Positions 33,352-35,483 of a stretch of DNA of 35,483 nt are shown piece by piece. A model generated the notes under the pieces. That model was not told the origin of the DNA, searched no databases, and saw nothing but the letters and a program-made list of their open reading frames with translations. Location: the NCBI GenBank assembly GCA_012862495.1, contig BLSG01000394.1, forward strand, positions 97,856 to 133,338. The letters run 5' to 3'. Made by a program: the position numbers and the translations under genes. This DNA is from Thraustochytrium aureum. Its lineage: Eukaryota. The first letter of the stretch is position 1; each line of letters opens with the position of its first letter.

Positions 33352-33723
33352 ACGCACAATTGAAAAAAATGCGCCCGCTCGTCACGCAGGGTAGGTAGAT
33401 GACGCAGAGATCCCGCGGCGCGTCTCGGGCGATCATCGGCGCTCGGCAATTATTGGCTCCCCATTTCTGCCCATAAGATGCGTGGTGCGTTTCCAGCCAA
33501 TAATCGCGGAGGAGGTCCAGCGGGTGCGGTGGATTCGGCGAACGAGAAGGCAAGCAAGAAAGGGAGAAAGGAAGTGCCGCAGTGCAGAACAGCATCTGCA
33601 GCGGGAGCCGACTGCATCCGCGGGAGCAGCAGCGAGAGGCGGGCAACGCGACAGGCAGGCGCAACACCGGCTTGTCTGTGACGGCGGCGTTGGTTCGGTG
33701 GTCTGCAGGTCGGCGGTGCGAGG

Positions 33724-34867
33724 ATGGGCGACGACGGCGCGTACGGGGCGGCGGCCCGAGGAGGGTACACGGACCTGGAGGCCAACAAGCCGCTCCGGGG
33801 CGCGGCGCGACAGGGGGGCTATCAGAGCGGCGGGGCGGGGTCGAACGACTTTGTGCCGACGGCTGAGGCCGTCGGCGCTGCCGGGTGGGGCGAGAATGAT
33901 GTGCCTGTGGCGCAGGCCCTCGCCGACTATGACGTGGCTGTGAGGCACGGGTTTCTGCGCAAGGTGTTTGGCATCCTGGGCGTGCAGCTGCTGGTCACGT
34001 TTGGCTGGGTTTTGCTCTGCTCCTACCATGAGGGAACCCGGACGTACATGCAGGTNNNNNNNNNNNNNNNNNNNNNNNNNNNNNNNNNNNNNNNNNNNNN
34101 NNNNNNNNNNNNNNNNNNNNNNNNNNNNNNNNNNNNNNNNNNNNNNNNNNNNNNNNNNNNNNNNNNNNNNNNNNNNNNNNNNNNNNNNNNNNNNNNNNNN
34201 NNNNNNNNNNNNNNNNNNNNNNNNNNNNNNNNNNNNNNNNNNNNNNNNNNNNNNNNNNNNNNNNNNNNNNNNNNCGTCGCGCTGTTTGGGATGGTCTGCT
34301 TTATCGACATGGCGCGCAGCTACCCGCAAAACTACGTCTTGCTGGGCCTCTTTACGCTGGCAGAAAGCCTCATGCTCGGCGCGGTCTCGGCGCAGTCCAA
34401 CCCCGGCGCGATCTCGCTCGCTGTCGGCATCACTGCGGCCGTCGTTCTCGCGCTCGTCGGCTTCGCCATGCAGACGCGCCACGACTTTACCGGGATGGGG
34501 CCGTACCTCTGGGTGGGGCTGATGACCATGATCATGTACTCGCTTGTGGCGGGCCTTTTCGGGATCCCGACGGGGGGCGCCTATTCTCTCCTCGGCGCGC
34601 TGCTCTTCTCCTTCTACATCGTCTACGATGTCCAGCTCGTGGTTGGCGGCAAGAACCGGCAACTGCAGATCGGCGTGGACGACTACTGCTTCGCCGCGCT
34701 CAACATCTACCTGGTAAGTTTCCCGCCACCGCCACCGCCTTCGCCTTCGCCTCGTTGTGCCGCAGTGCATTGGGCACCGCTGACGCCGAGTGTCGCTTCG
34801 AACCGGCCAGGACATCATCAACCTCTTCCTGTACATCCTCGACATGGTCAACCGCTCGCAGCGCTAA
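33724..34867 (+). CDS. TMBIM / Bax inhibitor-1 family, Lifeguard (LFG)-like membrane protein; last exon 34811-34867; probable intron starting at 34054 into the gap
   Basis: VRHGFLRKVFGILGVQL, YPQNYVLLGLFTLAES, FAMQTRHDFT, FYIVYDVQL and DDYCFAALNIYL|DIINLFLYIL. Confidence 0.95.
34714..34810 (+). other. Intron in the TMBIM gene (97 nt)
   Basis: GTAAGT...GCTGAC...CCAG; restores the IYLDIINLF motif. Confidence 0.93.
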
Positions 34868-34991
34868 TTGCAAGCACAATAAGGATATCTATAGCGATCG
34901 ATTCGGCCCGACTGCTGGCAAACCCCACAGCCGCGACCCTACTCCGAGGGAAACCCCGAACCGCCTTCGGACGCCGCTCAACTTGACCCTC

Positions 34992-35483
34992 TCAAACCAC
35001 ATTCTGGTCCTCGAGCTCTGCGTCCGAGTGCTGCTTGTGCAGAAAGACCTGGCGCCCGTCCTGGATCACATCCCGGCCGTCCAGGACTTTGATGATCTTC
35101 GGAATCAACTGCGACGACGAGTCCACCTCGTCCACCTCCTCCTCGTCCACCTCGTACGCGGCCCGGCCCACGCCCGCCCGCGACTCCACGCCGTGCATGT
35201 GCAGGATGCGAAACATGGGCGACTTGCCCTCCTCGTCGACCACGTAGTCGCTCGGCGGAAACGCGCAGTGGTGCGCGCAGGCGGCCACAAACATCTCCAT
35301 GCAGATCAGCGAGCTCTGCAACACGAACACTTGGCGTTGCGTGGGGATCACGCCCACCCAGAACAAGACCTGCAGCGTGCAGTACTGCCAATACGAGAAG
35401 AACACCACCGTCTTGACGACCGCAAACTTGGCGAGCGGCCGGAACGGCTTGAGGACCGACTCGGTCGCGAGGTAGAAAAGCAC
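34992..35483 (-). CDS. TMEM184 / OST-alpha family transporter, C-terminal part (runs off the window)
   Basis: LFYLAT...LKPFRPLAKFAVVKTVVFFSYWQ...LQSSLICMEMFVAACAHHCAF..DY. Confidence 0.92.
   Translation of the reverse strand: MLFYLATESVLKPFRPLAKFAVVKTVVFFSYWQYCTLQVLFWVGVIPTQRQVFVLQSSLICMEMFVAACAHHCAFPPSDYVVDEEGKSPMFRILHMHGVESRAGVGRAAYEVDEEEVDEVDSSSQLIPKIIKVLDGRDVIQDGRQVFLHKQHSDAELEDQNVV

Overview
This is a gene-dense, GC-rich eukaryotic scaffold segment. It has GT-AG spliceosomal introns with CTAAC/CTGAC branch points and encodes RPS4, PRP6, CK2 and MAP65/Ase1. It is broken by 10 N-runs and by about 13 single-base indels in coding frames. A stramenopile such as a thraustochytrid/labyrinthulomycete is a plausible host, but this is inference only (intron-poor genes, shikimate pathway, Val-type bZIP, B12D-like gene). 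Genes in order: PH-like/filamin-repeat protein, Ldh_2-family dehydrogenase, RPS4, B12D/NDUFA4-like protein, class III ADH, CK2 alpha, YeiH-type transporter (partial), type I asparaginase, atypical bZIP, membrane protein, bHLH, chorismate synthase, homodimer-type cytidine deaminase, PhyH dioxygenase, MAP65/Ase1/PRC1, GNAT, PRP6, TMBIM/LFG and TMEM184 (partial). The most notable items are a bZIP with Val at the invariant Asn position plus a probable AT-hook, a 51-bp tandem array of ACGTCA/TGACG sites in the PRP6/TMBIM divergent promoter, a ~90-aa insertion in chorismate synthase, and several intronless bacterial-type genes. No mobile element, CRISPR array or rRNA gene is supported. All family calls come from motif recognition, not database searches.
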